From Fimicolochytrium jonesii (lineage: Eukaryota), in contig NW_026515678.1 in the NCBI RefSeq assembly GCF_025526975.1, positions 434,001 through 498,000 on the forward strand: DNA of 64,000 bases, given 5' to 3'. The notes beneath the pieces are model-generated. The model was not told where the DNA came from. It saw nothing but the letters and a program-made list of their open reading frames with translations, and made no database searches. The position numbers were made by a program, and so were the translations under genes. Positions within the stretch are counted from its first letter, which is position 1. Each line of letters begins with the position of its first letter. Of the stretch, positions 63,155 through 64,000 are shown one piece after another.

Positions 63155-64000
63155 ATGTCTAAAAGTTCAGCCAGCAGCAACATCACGCCCGAGACCGTCC
63201 TCAAGTGAGTTTACGGAGGACGGTGGGAGGGGGGCGAATACCAACGCCTTTCTTGTCGACTTTTACAGATGTTTGCTCATAACCTTCATCGTTTGTCAAT
63301 AGGTATGACAAACCGTCCGAAGGGTTTCTGTGTCCTATAGATGCGAATAAGTACTTCGAGGTGCGTCGGTTGGGGAGATGTGCGGTCTGGGAGTGGATAT
63401 GGCATGTGATGTCCGGGATGACCAAGGGAAGGTGTACCCTGCCGAAGCATTCATACTCATGAGTCGATTTCGGCCGCGCACATTCAGTTCCTGGAGTTCC
63501 GGATCCGAGATATGGAATCAAACAAGGTGCGGTTTGCAGAAGTTGCGTAGGTTCATATGGGGAACGATCAGAACCATAGATTAAAGAACGCAAAAGCCTA
63601 ACATCTCCTCGCCTTCCCTCTGCTTACAGATCATATTCGAAGTCCTCCGCCCCTCCCACGAAATCGACTGGACCCACCCCACCCCACCCGGGTAAGCCGC
63701 CTTTCCCTCCTCCTTCCCTTGCCTTCCACCCCCTCACCCGCGCCGTCCACAAATATATAGCACCGACGACACCCGCACTATAACCTACACATTCCTCGCC
63801 TCCCTCCTCGCCACCCCCACGATCGGCACAACCCTCGTCTTTGCCGTCTGCCCACAGGGTATCCCCAACTTCCGCATGATCGAGCGGCATTATTTCAAAG
63901 GGAGGCTGATCAAGGGGTTCGATTTCGTGTTTGGGTTTTGTGTGCCGGGAAGTGTCAATACGTGGGAGGCCGTTTATGAGGTGCGTGTCAGGGAGAGAGG
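63155..64000 (+). CDS. UNC119: UNC-119 lipid-binding chaperone, partial at window end
   Basis: ITPETVL, GFLCPIDAN, RIRDMES, TIGTTLVF.V..IPNFRMIERHYFKGRLIKGFDF.FGFC.P.S.NTWE.VYE. Confidence 0.9.

Overview
Intron-rich eukaryotic DNA, most consistent with a flagellated fungus (chytrid-like: UNC119, E2F-partner DP, a DUF4549-like gene). The main feature is a four-level nest at 11.0-29.3 kb. A small SET-domain gene (- strand) is split by a ~17.1 kb insertion bounded by 10-bp inverted termini CAGTGCTCTA (11661-28762). That insertion carries an intron-containing Fanzor1-type (eukaryotic TnpB/OMEGA) RNA-guided nuclease gene, a structured candidate omegaRNA between the Fanzor stop codon and the element end, and cargo ORFs. 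The Fanzor gene is interrupted by a degenerate Ty3/Gypsy chromovirus (12695-24628, no TSD; the Fanzor RuvC-I region is missing at the junction). A younger related chromovirus (13927-19805, TSD ACGTC) sits inside the gag of that element. Both retroelements show self-priming PBS complementarity and -1 frameshift signals. 29.5-48.8 kb is a dense run of housekeeping genes (RPAP3, Mtc2/MoxR-lid-like, YOP1, ANKRD40-like, TPK1, ZFAND4, RPL19, amidoligase, dynein IC, SURF1, CK2 beta). It is followed by a hAT MITE carrying TTAGGG repeats, a ~10 kb island with a repeat-built coiled-coil gene, then DP and UNC119. All calls are from manual motif reading; no database searches were run.
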